Positions 1 through 11,219 of a DNA stretch of 49,825 nucleotides are shown here, piece after piece. Source of the DNA: an uncultured Chroococcidiopsis sp. (GTDB taxonomy: Bacteria; Cyanobacteriota; Cyanobacteriia; Cyanobacteriales; Chroococcidiopsidaceae); contig CAXTYC010000037.1 in the NCBI GenBank assembly GCA_964248365.1, forward strand, positions 1 to 49,825, given 5' to 3'. Both the position numbers and the translations under genes were made by a program. Positions within the stretch are counted from its first letter, which is position 1. Each line of letters begins with the position of its first letter. Under the pieces are notes generated by a model. It had not been told where the DNA came from. It saw only the letters and a program-made list of their open reading frames with translations, and ran no database searches.

Positions 1-689
1 AAAGTTTTGGACTATCCCTCTGCCTGCCTAAATCATGACTTAATTGTGCAACGCCAAAAAATCGCCACAACTCAAACAAGTAAATCAGAATCTGTTGAAG
101 GCGATTCAACCAGAAGGAGTAGAAGTAGAAATCCGACTGGTCGAAGAAGTCCTGGAAGGAATTGAAGAATCACAATTGGATGAAATGTGGAGCTATGTAG
201 GTAAGAAAACGAATCAGCGCTGGCTCTGGCACGCGATTGATAGAATTACAGGGCAAGTTTTAGCTTACACTTTTGGACAACGAAAAGATGAAGTGTTTCT
301 CCAACTCAAAAAGTTATTAAGTAGGTCGTCTGAAATAAACAGCGAACCGTGTGTTGGCGTTTCTTTTCGGCAGCAAGGGTTATCTATGTTGACGGTTCGC
401 TGTTTATTTATGACGAGTGTACTTAGAGCCATTTGGTATTCAGAAATATTGCACGGATGGTTGGGGAGCTTACTCGCGCCATCTATCTCCAGAAAACCAC
501 TGTGTAGGGAAAAGAAAAACGCACAGAATTGAACGGAAGCATTTGGGATTGAGAACAAGAATCAAACGACTAGTTAGAAAGACAATTTGCTTTTCCAAGT
601 CTGAGGAAATGCACGATCTAGTTATTGGATTATTTATTAACCGCTACGAGTTTGGTCTAAATGTTTAACAACATTTTGATAACAGTACC
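1..689 (+). mobile_element. IS1-family element (left part outside window); insB interrupted by MITE-A
   Basis: InsB motifs DEMWSYVGKK, WLWHAID and IERKHLGLRTRIKRLVRKTICFSK. Removing 320-425 restores KKLLEPFG. Right end ...ATAACAGTACC at 689 resembles the GGTAGTGTT end of the IS1 at 40732. Confidence 0.9.
320..423 (+). mobile_element. MITE family A, copy 1 (104 bp, TA duplication)
   Basis: AGTAGGTCGTC...GACGAGTGTACT with about 32-bp imperfect inverted arms, flanked by TA at 318-319 and 424-425. Excision restores the IS1 frame. Confidence 0.92.
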
Positions 690-812
690 TGTTGCTGCTA
701 TTATCGGGTTAATTGTTACAGTTATTAGTTTTTTTCATGGTTCGATTGTAGTCAGTTATACTCAAGGAGCTAGTGTTGCAGTGGTTTCTTAATTAACGAT
801 CCATCACTTGAA

Positions 813-1283
813 ATGCTGGCAACCCCTAACTTGAATAAAAAGGAAAAATCCTACCTAGAGAATAAAATTAGTTGCTATAGAGATCAAATTCAGACACAGC
901 CTAAAGATGCGGTAGCTTACACCAATATTGGCGAAGCCGAGCGACGCTTGAATAATCTGGCGGTTGCGCGAAAAGCTCATCACAAAGCAATAGAATTACA
1001 ACCGAGTTTACAAGAAGCCCAGATAGGGTTGGCTTTAGTTGAACAAGATATGGGAGAAGGGATAACAGCAAACAAACTGATTCAAGCAGCGTTAGCTTTG
1101 AAGCATAGTAAAATTGCTTATTTATATCAAGGGATCGTTCTACATAAGCAAAATGACTTAAAACAAGCACAAGTAGCCTGGCAATTAGCAGATCAAGTAG
1201 ACCCGAAGGCAGGTATGCAAACTAAAACTTGGAAGTTGTTCAATCTCAAACCCAACTGGAAGTTTTTTGTCCGCTCCATTTAG
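813..1283 (+). CDS. TPR-repeat protein (possibly N-terminally truncated)
   Basis: TPR-like helices AYTNIGEA..A..A...AIELQP and AYLYQGIVL...A...A.QVDP. Confidence 0.7.
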   Translation: MLATPNLNKKEKSYLENKISCYRDQIQTQPKDAVAYTNIGEAERRLNNLAVARKAHHKAIELQPSLQEAQIGLALVEQDMGEGITANKLIQAALALKHSKIAYLYQGIVLHKQNDLKQAQVAWQLADQVDPKAGMQTKTWKLFNLKPNWKFFVRSI

Positions 1284-1713
1284 TACAGCTGAAGAGTAAT
1301 TTTTATGCCAGCATGATAACTGCGATATTTTCATAACAGTATTGGCAGGACGGATTTAAAGCTGGAATAGGATAATACTGCTTAAAAATTCTTTGAATAT
1401 CTAATTTTGAGAATTTACCATAGATGTCTATTGCAGGAAAACTATTGCAATAGACCGGATATTAAATAGAAAAGCTTTAACCTTATAACCTAAGAGCAGA
1501 ATAAAAATTAGATCTCTGGAAGAATATGTACATCCACTTCCAGAGATTTATGATGGCAAGACCACAAGAACTGGAACAAGCCATATTTTAGCACTACCTA
1601 AAGTGAGTGACAAAACTCATCTGAAATATAGTTGACTTGACAGTGATTTGGAAATATGTCGTGTCCAGCTTGCATATAATAGTTTGGCACGTAAATACTT
1701 TATTGACGTTGCA

Positions 1714-3189
1714 TTAGCTGGCTACCCGATTGCGTTGATATACCCATATTGCTAGAAGACTAGCAACACAGGTAGTCCAAGTTAGCCATTCTAGATTTAT
1801 GGCTAAATAGCCATCGTAAATTCCTGCTACTGTCATATGCCCAACTTGCATTACGAGTTGAGCGTAGTGGTAAAAAGGTGAGAAAGGAATTAAATTCTGC
1901 AACCACTCTGGCATTCCAGGTAATGATATGCTACCAGAACTAAATCCAGCCAAGCCGATTATAAATGCACTGACTAAAGAAATACTATTTGCATCCATCG
2001 CGTAACCAATAACAAAACCAAGAATTGCAAAGGGAACAATTCCTAGAATTAAGCTGAAGAATAGTATTACCCAGTTTAACAGAGGTAAGCTAATTCCTAC
2101 TTTGAATGCACCTAAACTCAACATTAAACTTATACCCAAAATAGAGATGAAAAAAGCGATAACAACCTTTGAAGTTAAGTATATCCATGCGGGTAAAGGA
2201 GTAACTCGAAGCAATTTTACCCAACCTTGTTTCCGCTCAGTCGCAATTTGTATGCTAAGTGTTTGAATTGCAACTATCAACAGGTTGATGATAGCAAGGC
2301 CTGTCATGTAAGAGATAGCATCAGGCAGATGTTTCCGGAAAAATGCCACAACGCTATACAATGCCAATATACTTAGTAGAATGATAGGTTGCCGGATTAA
2401 TTTCAGCAGCTCAACCTTTGTTTGTCCAACTAGCATAGAAAACAAAATTTCTAGCTTGAGAGCAGGTTTTTCAAAGTGAGGGCGATCGCCTTTGTTCTTT
2501 AACAAAGGTTCTTGAAGCTGTTCAAACTTATCAGTACGGACTTCTTGAATCTTACCCTGACTAAGGGTTAATGTTCGAGTTGCTAAATCAGATATTGCAT
2601 CTGCATCTGATTCAATATGGCTAACTATGAGAATAGTTTTTCCTTCATTCGCAAAGTCTCGAATTTGCTGTAAAACCCTGTTTCTTGCTTGCGGATCTAA
2701 ACCTGTAGTTGGCTCGTCTAGAATTAACAATTCGGGATTACCTGCAATTGCTAATGCAAAATAGAGCGATCGCTCCTCTCCTCCGCACAACTTGTCAGAA
2801 GAAGCCCAACTATAGCGTTTCTGCTCTAACTTGCTTCTTGTTAGTAACTCTTCTGTGGAATATGATTCTGAGTAGAAACTACGAATGAGATTGATCGTCT
2901 CTTCAACTTTGAGATTTCCTGGCGCTCTCGTTTTCTGTAACATCAAACCGAGCTTAAGTTTTGATTCTGGTTGTTCTGGCGAGTAACCAAAAACTTTGAC
3001 TGTACCTGAATCAGGTATTTGTAAACCTAATAGCAGATTAATCAAGGTCGTTTTACCGGCTCCCATTTCACCTTTGAGGATAATAAATTCACCTGCTTGG
3101 ATAGTCAGGTTAATATTATCTAGAACGTTGCGTTCTTGCCTATCTTCCTTAAAAGACTTAGTAACATTCTTGAGTTCAACAATATTCAT
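1714..3189 (-). CDS. ABC exporter: ATPase fused to ABC-2-type permease
   Basis: Walker A GEMGAGKTT, atypical signature LCGGE, Walker B LILDEPT and H-loop VSH, followed by a multi-pass permease (ATERKQGWVKLLRVTP...FSPFYH). Confidence 0.9.
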   Translation of the reverse strand: MNIVELKNVTKSFKEDRQERNVLDNINLTIQAGEFIILKGEMGAGKTTLINLLLGLQIPDSGTVKVFGYSPEQPESKLKLGLMLQKTRAPGNLKVEETINLIRSFYSESYSTEELLTRSKLEQKRYSWASSDKLCGGEERSLYFALAIAGNPELLILDEPTTGLDPQARNRVLQQIRDFANEGKTILIVSHIESDADAISDLATRTLTLSQGKIQEVRTDKFEQLQEPLLKNKGDRPHFEKPALKLEILFSMLVGQTKVELLKLIRQPIILLSILALYSVVAFFRKHLPDAISYMTGLAIINLLIVAIQTLSIQIATERKQGWVKLLRVTPLPAWIYLTSKVVIAFFISILGISLMLSLGAFKVGISLPLLNWVILFFSLILGIVPFAILGFVIGYAMDANSISLVSAFIIGLAGFSSGSISLPGMPEWLQNLIPFSPFYHYAQLVMQVGHMTVAGIYDGYLAINLEWLTWTTCVASLLAIWVYQRNRVAS

Positions 3190-3210
3190 GAGTAATTCCC
3201 TGAAAGCTTA

Positions 3211-3513
3211 CTATAGCCAAAATCTTAGGGCAAGCCAAGCAAGTACGCCGACAACTGCCGCTGGAGCCAAAGGAGTAGACAAGACTCCTGTAAGACAAAC
3301 AGCCGTCAAAAAGCCAACGAGAACTGTTGAGAGTTCGTATCCAACTCTATGGTTGCCAGGATGACAGGAGATACTAAACCAGCAATCAGAATGAGAACTA
3401 ATTAAGTAGATAATACTAGCCGCTAAGGCTAGTATGATGATAATTCTGACTAATTCTATTGGAATAAGAGACCCTAACTGTGAATTTTGGTTTGAATCGT
3501 TTTGAGAGTTCAT
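3211..3513 (-). CDS. Small membrane protein
   Basis: 100 aa with 2-3 hydrophobic segments, GGAG RBS, co-oriented and closely spaced between the Ig protein and the ABC gene. Confidence 0.7.
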   Translation of the reverse strand: MNSQNDSNQNSQLGSLIPIELVRIIIILALAASIIYLISSHSDCWFSISCHPGNHRVGYELSTVLVGFLTAVCLTGVLSTPLAPAAVVGVLAWLALRFWL

Positions 3514-3573
3514 AATTGCATCTCCATATAATGTGGAATTTAAGAACTCAAGAAAAAGTTGAGCAGTCCTTCT

Positions 3574-4968
3574 CTAGTTACAATAAAATGGAATTACTGC
3601 TTGCCAATTATGTATTCCTGTTGCTGTTGCTGCACCTAAAGCTATTGCGGCTGGTAAGGGTACGCCAACAACTGTTGCTCCCGCTGCAATAATTGACGCA
3701 GCACCAATTGCAAACCAGTTTATTTCTCTAGGAATCTTGACTTTAGCAGTTGCATACTTCTCTGAATTCTGTTTTGAAGTAGCAACAATTTGTACTTCAC
3801 CTTTCGATCTTGCCGTTACAATCCCGTTGCTATCAACAGTTGCTACTTGGTCATTATCGGAAGACCAATATATAGTTTGATCGATTGAGCCTATACCTTC
3901 AACCGTCGAACACAATTTAGTCTGGTTATTGATATCAAGCTCAATTTGCTCAGGCTGCACAGCGATCTGAGTAACGATAGGTGGCAAAATTTCTAATTGA
4001 ACAGTTCCTTGTTTATTCTTGTCCTGATTAGATGTTGCTGTAATCGTCACGCTACCCGCTGATATTGCATTTAGTTGAACTGTGTGTCCCTGACCAATTA
4101 TTTCTACATTTGAATTGCTGGAAGACCAAGTAATATCATCACTATTAGCTCCTAAGCCTTCAACTATTGCTGTTATTGCTTTAACTTCTCCTAATTTTAA
4201 ATTCTCAATCGCCTCATTATGATTGATAGTTACTTGCTCGATAATGACACTACGAGAAACTGTAACTTTAACAGTTGCATTCTTATGGCTATCTTGTTTA
4301 GCAGTGGCTTGAAGGCTAGTTTCGCCTGGTGCAATAGCTTTAACTAAGCCCTTTTTATCGACGGTTGCAATCTCGTTGTTAGCTGATGACCAGTTAACAT
4401 CAGTGCTAAAGTTACCAAATTTATTAACTTTAGATATTAAAGTTCGAGATTCTCCTACCTCAATTGCAAGGTTTTTAGGTTGAATTTCAACACTGGCAAT
4501 ACCTGCTACCAAGAAGTCAACAGTATCACTTTTGGTTTTGTCCTTACGAGATGTAGCTGTAATCTTTACCGAACCAGGAGTGACTGCAACAACTTGGCCT
4601 TGAGCATTAACTGTAGCAATTTTTTCGTTACTTGAAACCCAGCGTACTCCTCGATCTACTGAGCTTGTATTCTTGACTTTATCCTTTACTCGAACATCAG
4701 TTTTAAGTTGCTGCGACTTTCCTACTTGAACTACTAGGTTCCTGGAACTAACGGTTACTCTTTCAATTGGACAGCGATCGCTTCCCCAATTTACTAGAGG
4801 AAAACAAGAGTGCTGCACATTCCAGGTTTGAAGCATGATTAGGGGGGTCCACAGCAACACTAGAACTAGCAACAGATGCCGTGACAAAAACTTGATAACG
4901 CTGTTTGTAGCCGTTTTTGCATCCTGTTGCTTAACCAGGTCTATAAAATTGGTATGGAAAGCACTCAT
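3574..4968 (-). CDS. Membrane-anchored protein with four bacterial Ig-like (Big_2) repeats
   Basis: Four repeats of V.W.SSN..IATV...G.V.A...G...ITATS; N-terminal TM segment and hydrophobic Gly/Ala-rich C-terminus. ATG at 4968 preferred over TTG at 5019. Confidence 0.85.
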   Translation of the reverse strand: MSAFHTNFIDLVKQQDAKTATNSVIKFLSRHLLLVLVLLWTPLIMLQTWNVQHSCFPLVNWGSDRCPIERVTVSSRNLVVQVGKSQQLKTDVRVKDKVKNTSSVDRGVRWVSSNEKIATVNAQGQVVAVTPGSVKITATSRKDKTKSDTVDFLVAGIASVEIQPKNLAIEVGESRTLISKVNKFGNFSTDVNWSSANNEIATVDKKGLVKAIAPGETSLQATAKQDSHKNATVKVTVSRSVIIEQVTINHNEAIENLKLGEVKAITAIVEGLGANSDDITWSSSNSNVEIIGQGHTVQLNAISAGSVTITATSNQDKNKQGTVQLEILPPIVTQIAVQPEQIELDINNQTKLCSTVEGIGSIDQTIYWSSDNDQVATVDSNGIVTARSKGEVQIVATSKQNSEKYATAKVKIPREINWFAIGAASIIAAGATVVGVPLPAAIALGAATATGIHNWQAVIPFYCN

Positions 4969-5070
4969 GAGAATTTCAATAGTGAAGTGAGTTGATGCTT
5001 GCCTTCTTATATTGCCCAAGCTGAACTTATCGCTAACACAAAAATCATGTATTGGGTGAAAGAATGTAAC

Positions 5071-6056
5071 GTAAGGATTCAGGTCAGGGGTATTGACAAG
5101 TGTGACATCTGAGGCGGAATATCACAATTATGGAAAAAGACCTGCCTCTGAAAGTAGACCGTGAAACTCTTCTCCAGTTGGCTGCCGAACAACTGGTGGA
5201 CATCATTGCCGAGCAGGCGATCGCTATAGATAAACTAAACAAGAAAATTTTAGAATTAGAGCAAGAAGTACAAAAACTCAAGGTTAGTAGAGATTTAGAT
5301 AGTTCTACATCATCGAAGCCGCCATCTGGGGATATCCTAAAAAAATCAGAAAATCAAGAAGAAGTAGGGGATGGGAACAGCGAGACTCCAAAACGGAAGC
5401 CAGGAGGACAACCAGGACATCCAGGTAAAACTAGAAAGGGGTTTGGTCGAGTAGATAGATTTGAGATTTTACGCCCCCAATTGTGTCGTTGCTGTGGTCA
5501 GACGGACTTTGTTTCAGAACCGATAAAAATCGAAACACAGCAAGTAGCGCAGCTGGCAGAGCGACCAATAGAAATAGTTGAATATCATCGACACACATGC
5601 ATTTGCTCTCGGTGTGGTGAAGCACAAACAGCAGACTGGTCGCCAGATATAGTCCCAGGACAAGATATAGGAATCAAACTGCAAGCTTTTTTGGGATGGA
5701 TAAATAATTATGGACATTTACCCTATGAAAAACAACAAGAACTGTTGTGGGAACTGGGTCAGATAGAAATCGGGGTGGGAACCCTAGTAACTACGAATCA
5801 AAGAATAGATGCTGCTGTTGATAAAAGCGTTAGTGAACTGAAAGATTGGATAGAGCAAACACAGCCAAATATTCATTCGGATGAGACACCTTGGGTTGTG
5901 AAGGGCGTGAAGGAATGGTTGTGGATTTTTGCGAATACAGACTTTGGTCTGTTTCATGCCGCAGATACTCGCAAAGAGTGCACAATTAGAAACCATCCTT
6001 GGTTTGAGCTACAGTGGTGTACTTAGCTCAGACGATTATTGCGTTTATAACGGCTA
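5071..6056 (+). mobile_element. IS66-family element, truncated
   Basis: Left end GTAAGGATTCAGG. TnpC motifs SSKPPSGD, PGGQPGHPG, zinc finger and HSDETPW. Frameshift near 5975; homology ends at the MITE-A copy. Confidence 0.88.
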
Positions 6057-6162
6057 AGTACACTCGTCATAAAAAAATGCGCGAACCGTCAACATAGATA
6101 ACCCTTGCTGCCGAAAAGAAACGCCAACACACGGTTCGCACATTTTTTTCAGACGACCTACT
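6057..6162 (-). mobile_element. MITE family A, copy 2
   Basis: Reverse complement of copy 1 with B-type arms on both sides; TA on both flanks. Confidence 0.9.
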
Positions 6163-6195
6163 TATTGCAGTCTGAGGTAGTTCATCCCTTGCTCC

Positions 6196-7296
6196 TTAGT
6201 CAGGCATTTCCTCAATACTGCGCGGTTCAATTTTTGGCTGCTGATTCATCTGATGGCGATATCGACTGGAGGCTTCATATACCTGCATTCGTACACGCTG
6301 AATGGAACCGAGCGGTCGATGCTCCGCAATACAGTGCCAAGCATTGAACGATAACACTTCATCCACATACACCCGCCGCGCCGGACTATACGCCTCCTGC
6401 ACTGGAATAGTCAGTTTGGCGATTGTCTGGTAGGGACTTTCCTGCTCTGACCACTCTACAGAAGCATCCTCGATCGGCATTGTTTCCAAGTTAGTGCAAA
6501 GCTGGGCGCGCAGTTCATACTCGGCAGCGTGCTGGCAGAAAAACTGGACGACTAGATCGCGCAGACCCGAAGGATTATCTGTTGAAACCGTTTTACCCAC
6601 TAGCGGCTGAAGACTAGCGGAAACGGGAACTGCGCTGAGCTTGGCAATGTAATCTCCATAACGTAGGGCTGCCGTTGTGTAGTAGGTTTCTCCCAGGATG
6701 TGCGTTGAGGGTAGCGTAATGCCCAGAGCGGTCGGGTAAAGCTCGATTCCTACCTTTTGAGTGACTGCATTCACAGTTCGTAGGGCAGTCGTTAGTAGTT
6801 GTTGTGCTTCTTCAGGGGCAGTGACGACGACCTTTTCTTGAAGCAGCTGCTCATTGAGGTAGCGACCAACATTACCTGCTGGAAAAACTGGACGGTTAAT
6901 CATCAAAAAATCTTGAGTGAGCGCGTCGGGTTCAGCCTTTAACAGCTTTGGACCTTCTACACCAATGACCTTAATTGCCATTCCCCGAAATGAAGACACA
7001 CCGTCCGGCATAATGTCACCAGGAGCTGTTGAGAAGCGAATCATGACAGGATAAGTTCGGGATGCACGGAACAGCCCTTGGGCGAGCGGTGCAGGCAGAT
7101 TATCGTAAATTGTTAGCTCCCCTTTGAGTCCACCATGTCCTTTCGCATGAGCACCGCGCATAGCATGACGATGCTTGTCAAACACCTTTTGTCCCATCCG
7201 AGCAACTGAGTCGAGGGTTTCGCGCACGAGCCTATCCTCCTCGGGCTGCTTGACTTCTACCTCATCCGTATAGCAAATGTAGGATAGGTTTGGCAT
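6196..7296 (-). CDS. Catalase-family (catalase-related heme) protein
   Basis: RGAHAKGHG distal-His motif, IRFS, RGMAIK, QDFLMIN and HRPLGSIQRVRMQVY proximal region. Confidence 0.88.
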   Translation of the reverse strand: MPNLSYICYTDEVEVKQPEEDRLVRETLDSVARMGQKVFDKHRHAMRGAHAKGHGGLKGELTIYDNLPAPLAQGLFRASRTYPVMIRFSTAPGDIMPDGVSSFRGMAIKVIGVEGPKLLKAEPDALTQDFLMINRPVFPAGNVGRYLNEQLLQEKVVVTAPEEAQQLLTTALRTVNAVTQKVGIELYPTALGITLPSTHILGETYYTTAALRYGDYIAKLSAVPVSASLQPLVGKTVSTDNPSGLRDLVVQFFCQHAAEYELRAQLCTNLETMPIEDASVEWSEQESPYQTIAKLTIPVQEAYSPARRVYVDEVLSFNAWHCIAEHRPLGSIQRVRMQVYEASSRYRHQMNQQPKIEPRSIEEMPD

Positions 7297-7371
7297 AAAA
7301 ACTCCTGTCGGGTTAAGGTTCACTGGCAACAGTCGTAGTGTAACAATCTCAACCTAAATTTGCTTTTAATA

Positions 7372-7472
7372 GCGTTTTTCTGACAAATGGGTGAAACCTT
7401 CATTAACATAACTGTGTGTATATTGGACTATTCGAGAGGACAAAAAGGTTTCACACGTTACGAAAACAGGTG
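7372..7472 (+). mobile_element. MITE family B, copy 1 (101 bp)
   Basis: Near-identical to 30952-31052 (reverse) and 37160-37260; internal IR GTGAAACCTT/AAGGTTTCAC. Confidence 0.85.
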
Positions 7473-7531
7473 TCAACGTACCAAGAGATATTCTTGCAAC
7501 ATTCCCAATCCCGCATTAGGTGAATCTTGGC

Positions 7532-8375
7532 GGTTGTGTTGCAAAAACTGGCTCAAGTCTGGGAAAAGTAGTAATTATATTTACGGTTTCTCGCCCAACC
7601 CACCTCGTTCATGAACCCCAAGCACCCTTTCAAGTGGCGTCATTTCCAATCGGACATCATTCTGCTGTGTGTCCGGTGGTACCTGCGTTATCCGCTCAGT
7701 TACCGCAACCTGGAAGAGATGATGTTAGAGCGGGGTCTGACGGTGGATCATTCAACGGTATATTGATGGGTTGAGGCTTATGCTCCCGAACTTTCCAAGC
7801 GATGCAGACCATACTTGAAACTAACCAATGATTCTTGGAGGGTTGACGAAACATATATTGAAGTCAAGGGCGAATGGAAGTATTTGTACCGAGCAGTGGA
7901 TTCACAAGGTAATACCCTGGACTTCATGTTGAGCGCCTTCCGCGATGCACGAGCGGTAGAACGGTTCTTCCGCAAGGCTCTGAAGTCGTCTCATAACCAA
8001 GCGCCGCGAGTCATAAATGTGGATAAGAACGCTGCTTACCTCCCGGCAATCGACAAACTCAAAGCAGATCAAACTCTTCCCAAAACTACTGAACTGCGAA
8101 GAGTTAAGTACCTCAACAACATGGTGGAACAAGACCATCGGTTCATCAAACGATTGGTTAATCCTGGGATGGGGTTTGGCTCATTCAATACGGCGAGGCG
8201 AACCTTGAAGGGTTACGAGGCAATGAACATGATACGAAAAGGACAAATTTAAGGCATCAAAAAAGGTGACATTTTAAGTCAAGTAGAATTCGTGTATCAA
8301 ATTTTCGGAGTTGCTGCTTAAGACAAGCTAATTGATACACCTCGTTTGTCCAAAATCAGTTTTTGCAACACAACC
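7532..8375 (+). mobile_element. IS6-family element, full length with inactivated transposase
   Basis: Perfect 19-bp TIR GGTTGTGTTGCAAAAACTG. Transposase from ATG 7611 (FKWRHF, VDETY, NNMVEQDHR) with in-frame stops near 7765 and at 8250. No target duplication seen. Confidence 0.93.
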
Positions 8376-9001
8376 CACTCAAGTATGCCGCCAGAGGAGT
8401 CAATGGTGCAACATTTGAACTCGAACGACGTGCTTTCAAGGGTGAACTCGAAGCCTGTCACGCTCTGACTAATTCTATTGCAGCTAAACCAAAGAACGAT
8501 TTATTCCATTGTTTAGGAGTGTTTTGTTTCACTACAAAAGCCGAATTAGTTGGCGAAAAGCAAAACAAGTCTTGGTGCTGTCGCGTTGTCAGCCATGAAA
8601 AACCAACCGTCGAGAATTGGACGAGTTATTTCATCGGCTATACTCATCTGAAAGACTACACTTGGGCTGCACTCGAACCTGGGCAGAAGATCGATATTTT
8701 GTCGGTTGGAGCAATTGCGGGGAGTGAAGATATGGCTGCTCTACCCTCTGGTATACGAGAAGAAACCCATGACTATGTAGAAAACGATTCAGCCAGAACC
8801 AGCTTGTTTGCGCCTGAGCCAATCAAGTCTGCTACCCCTGTCTGTTTCCCATCACACGAAGTTGTGTTGTCAGCCCCAGTTTCCCCCACGCATACTACAC
8901 GCACTATAAATACTAATACTGGTGGCGATGGCAGCGATAGCGCAGATATCCCTTTTAGCGATCGCAGTAGCTTGTCTTCTGCGAGGACTGATGCATTTTG
9001 A
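8376..9001 (+). pseudogene. C-terminal remnant of a hypothetical protein cut by IS6
   Basis: Long open frame beginning at the IS6 right end with no start codon of its own. Confidence 0.55.
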
Positions 9002-9007
9002 ATTTAG

Positions 9008-9180
9008 CCCTCTTTTGTCACTCTGAGTCAGGAAAAAACGAACTAAAACTTGAAAAAGCCTGTAATCTATATCTTTTACCCTTTATTTTCTAACATCGGA
9101 CTGCATTGGCAGCCGTTTTGCCAAAATCCTTATCTAAAGCAGGTTACAGATTTTACTCTTCTGAAAGTGACACAAGAGGG
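9008..9180. mobile_element. 173-bp MITE with IS701-like ends, copy 1
   Basis: CCCTCTTTTGTCACT...AGTGACACAAGAGGG matches the IS701 end at 11765-11783 and the copy at 29399-29571. Confidence 0.8.
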
Positions 9181-9261
9181 ATAACCTATATTAGTTTGCC
9201 AGAAAGGTAACAACCAGATACGACAGGCCCATACTAAACACGGTAGTACTCAAACAGCTTC

Positions 9262-9819
9262 TCAAAAGCGAATTTGGCTCTCATGAATCCAACCACCGCC
9301 ACAAGCGGTGGTTGAGTACCAACCGTTTTGAGGCTCGACATAAACTTGGATTGTTTGCCTGCGTGCAATCGTGCATTTCACGCTGCCATTGGGAGATGTC
9401 CGAATCTTGGAAGGTGGATCGAAAACACGGACGCTCGTGAAGTCGAAAGAATCATCGACACCAGCACCACCACAAGTCAAGTAGTTAGAATTAACCCAGC
9501 CTTTCAAACCATTTATCCTTACGTTGGAACCACTTAGGACGCGAATATAGCGCCAAACTCCAGGGCCTGCTCGAAGTAATTCCACAGTATTACCGTTATC
9601 CAGACCAGCTCTCGATTCACCGTTAGGGGAAAAGCGTAGAGCTAGTTGACCAGTGCGAATATTAACTACACTACAATTGATGTTTTGAGCCATTAGTAGT
9701 GGTGTCGTATTGGTAATTTTGCCGACTGCCGGACTTGCAGTGGCTGAAGTCAAAAGTGAACTAACTATAGAGATTGATAGTAGGGGCATCGAGAGTAGTA
9801 AAAGAGCGAGGCTTTTCAT
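9262..9819 (-). CDS. Secreted protein with two bacterial SH3-like domains
   Basis: Signal peptide; LALRFSP...W..I.....GWVNSNYL and IRTSPNG...GWY...GGWIHESQI. Confidence 0.8.
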   Translation of the reverse strand: MKSLALLLLSMPLLSISIVSSLLTSATASPAVGKITNTTPLLMAQNINCSVVNIRTGQLALRFSPNGESRAGLDNGNTVELLRAGPGVWRYIRVLSGSNVRINGLKGWVNSNYLTCGGAGVDDSFDFTSVRVFDPPSKIRTSPNGSVKCTIARRQTIQVYVEPQNGWYSTTACGGGWIHESQIRF

Positions 9820-9936
9820 CTTTGTATATATTCTGATTACTGATAGGAAAGATTTATTAGGAAAGCGTGCTGCTCAATCGGGCTAAATACTTGTATAGCC
9901 AGTGATGCTGGCAATCGCTTCTGGAGTGCAGTCGCT

Positions 9937-10296
9937 TCAACTTTGACATGGGTGAATCTGCCAATAGGGGCGCTCCCTTAAATATTTGCTGGTTATAAAA
10001 AGTGGATGCGTACTGCTTTCTGGAACGATAAAGCAAATTATATCTCCTTGTTGAAGGTGTGTGAGTTCGTAAGGTTTATTGAGTAAGCGCCCTGTAAACA
10101 CATTGCCGTCTAAACCTGTAATAGTTACCCAGACTAACTCAGGCTGCTTGCTAGTAAGGTATGGGCTACCTTCATGAATAAGCACTTGTAAGTCCGTAGG
10201 GTACTTAGGATGAATGTAACTCTTGAGACGAGGATGATTTTGCCAATCTTTAGTCATACGCTTCTTACATTTAAATTGCCTTTTGCTTGCTGTCAA
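9937..10296 (-). CDS. Hypothetical protein, DUF2314-like, probably truncated
   Basis: PELVWV.I...DGNVFTGRLLNKP......GD.I motif. Confidence 0.5.
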   Translation of the reverse strand: MTASKRQFKCKKRMTKDWQNHPRLKSYIHPKYPTDLQVLIHEGSPYLTSKQPELVWVTITGLDGNVFTGRLLNKPYELTHLQQGDIICFIVPESSTHPLFITSKYLRERPYWQIHPCQS

Positions 10297-10406
10297 TTAG
10301 CTATAATAGCTAGAGATTTACTAACGCTATCATGCCACTAATTATTATTGTGAATTAAGTAGTTGCTTACTGCTCTATCATTCCTCTTATGTCAGCTAAT
10401 ACCAAA

Positions 10407-10709
10407 TTAACTTAGTGAAAGTTTGGTTTTGAGTTCTTCATATTTTTTTAATTTGTCAGGAGCTGTAAAGGTTGCTACACCATTTCTTTTGAGAAAATCT
10501 ATGCAAGCTAAATTAAAATCATCGTTATCCATTGATATCCATATTTTTCCATTCCACCAGTAGTGAATTAGTCCTTCCGAAGTTTTTGGAGTAGATAATA
10601 ATATGAAGTAATCTTCAATCTTTTTTCCATTGGCAGTCAAGATATGATATATATACTCGTCTGAAAACTTTATTTTTGCCTTTTTCAGTGCTTGTTTCTG
10701 TTTACTCAT
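10407..10709 (-). CDS. Hypothetical protein
   Basis: About 100-codon AT-rich ORF with GAG RBS before ATG 10709. Confidence 0.5.
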   Translation of the reverse strand: MSKQKQALKKAKIKFSDEYIYHILTANGKKIEDYFILLSTPKTSEGLIHYWWNGKIWISMDNDDFNLACIDFLKRNGVATFTAPDKLKKYEELKTKLSLS

Positions 10710-10881
10710 CGTTCTCAATTTACTAATTAAGTGACTCAATCTAAAAAAACTTTCTACCTTTCAACAAGGGATGCGAAGGTTTTTAGTGTCAACTATCTGT
10801 ATTTTCAGCATACACTTAGGTCATTAAACTCTGCGCCTACAGATTTAAGACTATGGGGGATCAATACCTGTGGCTCGAAAT

Positions 10882-11091
10882 GGTTGTGTTGCAAAAACTG
10901 GTGGTAGTCTGGTAAAAGTAGTATTTGTGCTTACTGCTCTGGGCCACCGACACCCCCGATCGATGAACCACTCGCAACCCTTCAAGTGGCGTCATTTTCA
11001 ATCCGACATCATTGTGTTGTGTGTGCGGTGGTATCTGCGCTACCTGCTCTCCTACCGCAATTTGTCGGAGATGATGCGGTCACAGGGCTGA
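10882..11091 (+). mobile_element. IS6-family left-end fragment
   Basis: Same TIR as 7532; MNHSQPFKWRHFQSDIIVLCVRWYLRY, then truncated. Confidence 0.88.
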
Positions 11092-11219
11092 CGGGGTGAC
11101 AGAGAGCCTACAATGTAGACTGGATCAGAGTCATAGCACGTAGACCCTGCTGAAAATAGGGTAGTTTATTCGGCTTAGTTCGCATTAACTCAATAGCCAA
11201 ATCCGCCCATTGCTCCATA

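Noticed and set aside
265..558. ORFs reading through MITE sequences (also 6105-6347, 7387-7614, 12103-12492, 22474-22701, 30831-31037)
   Set aside because: Recurring peptides such as SRSSEINSEPCVG and VIKKCANRQHR are translations of the non-coding MITEs, not a protein family.
7532..11091. Composite transposon between the two IS6 copies
   Set aside because: The second copy is only a left-end fragment and no flanking duplication is visible.
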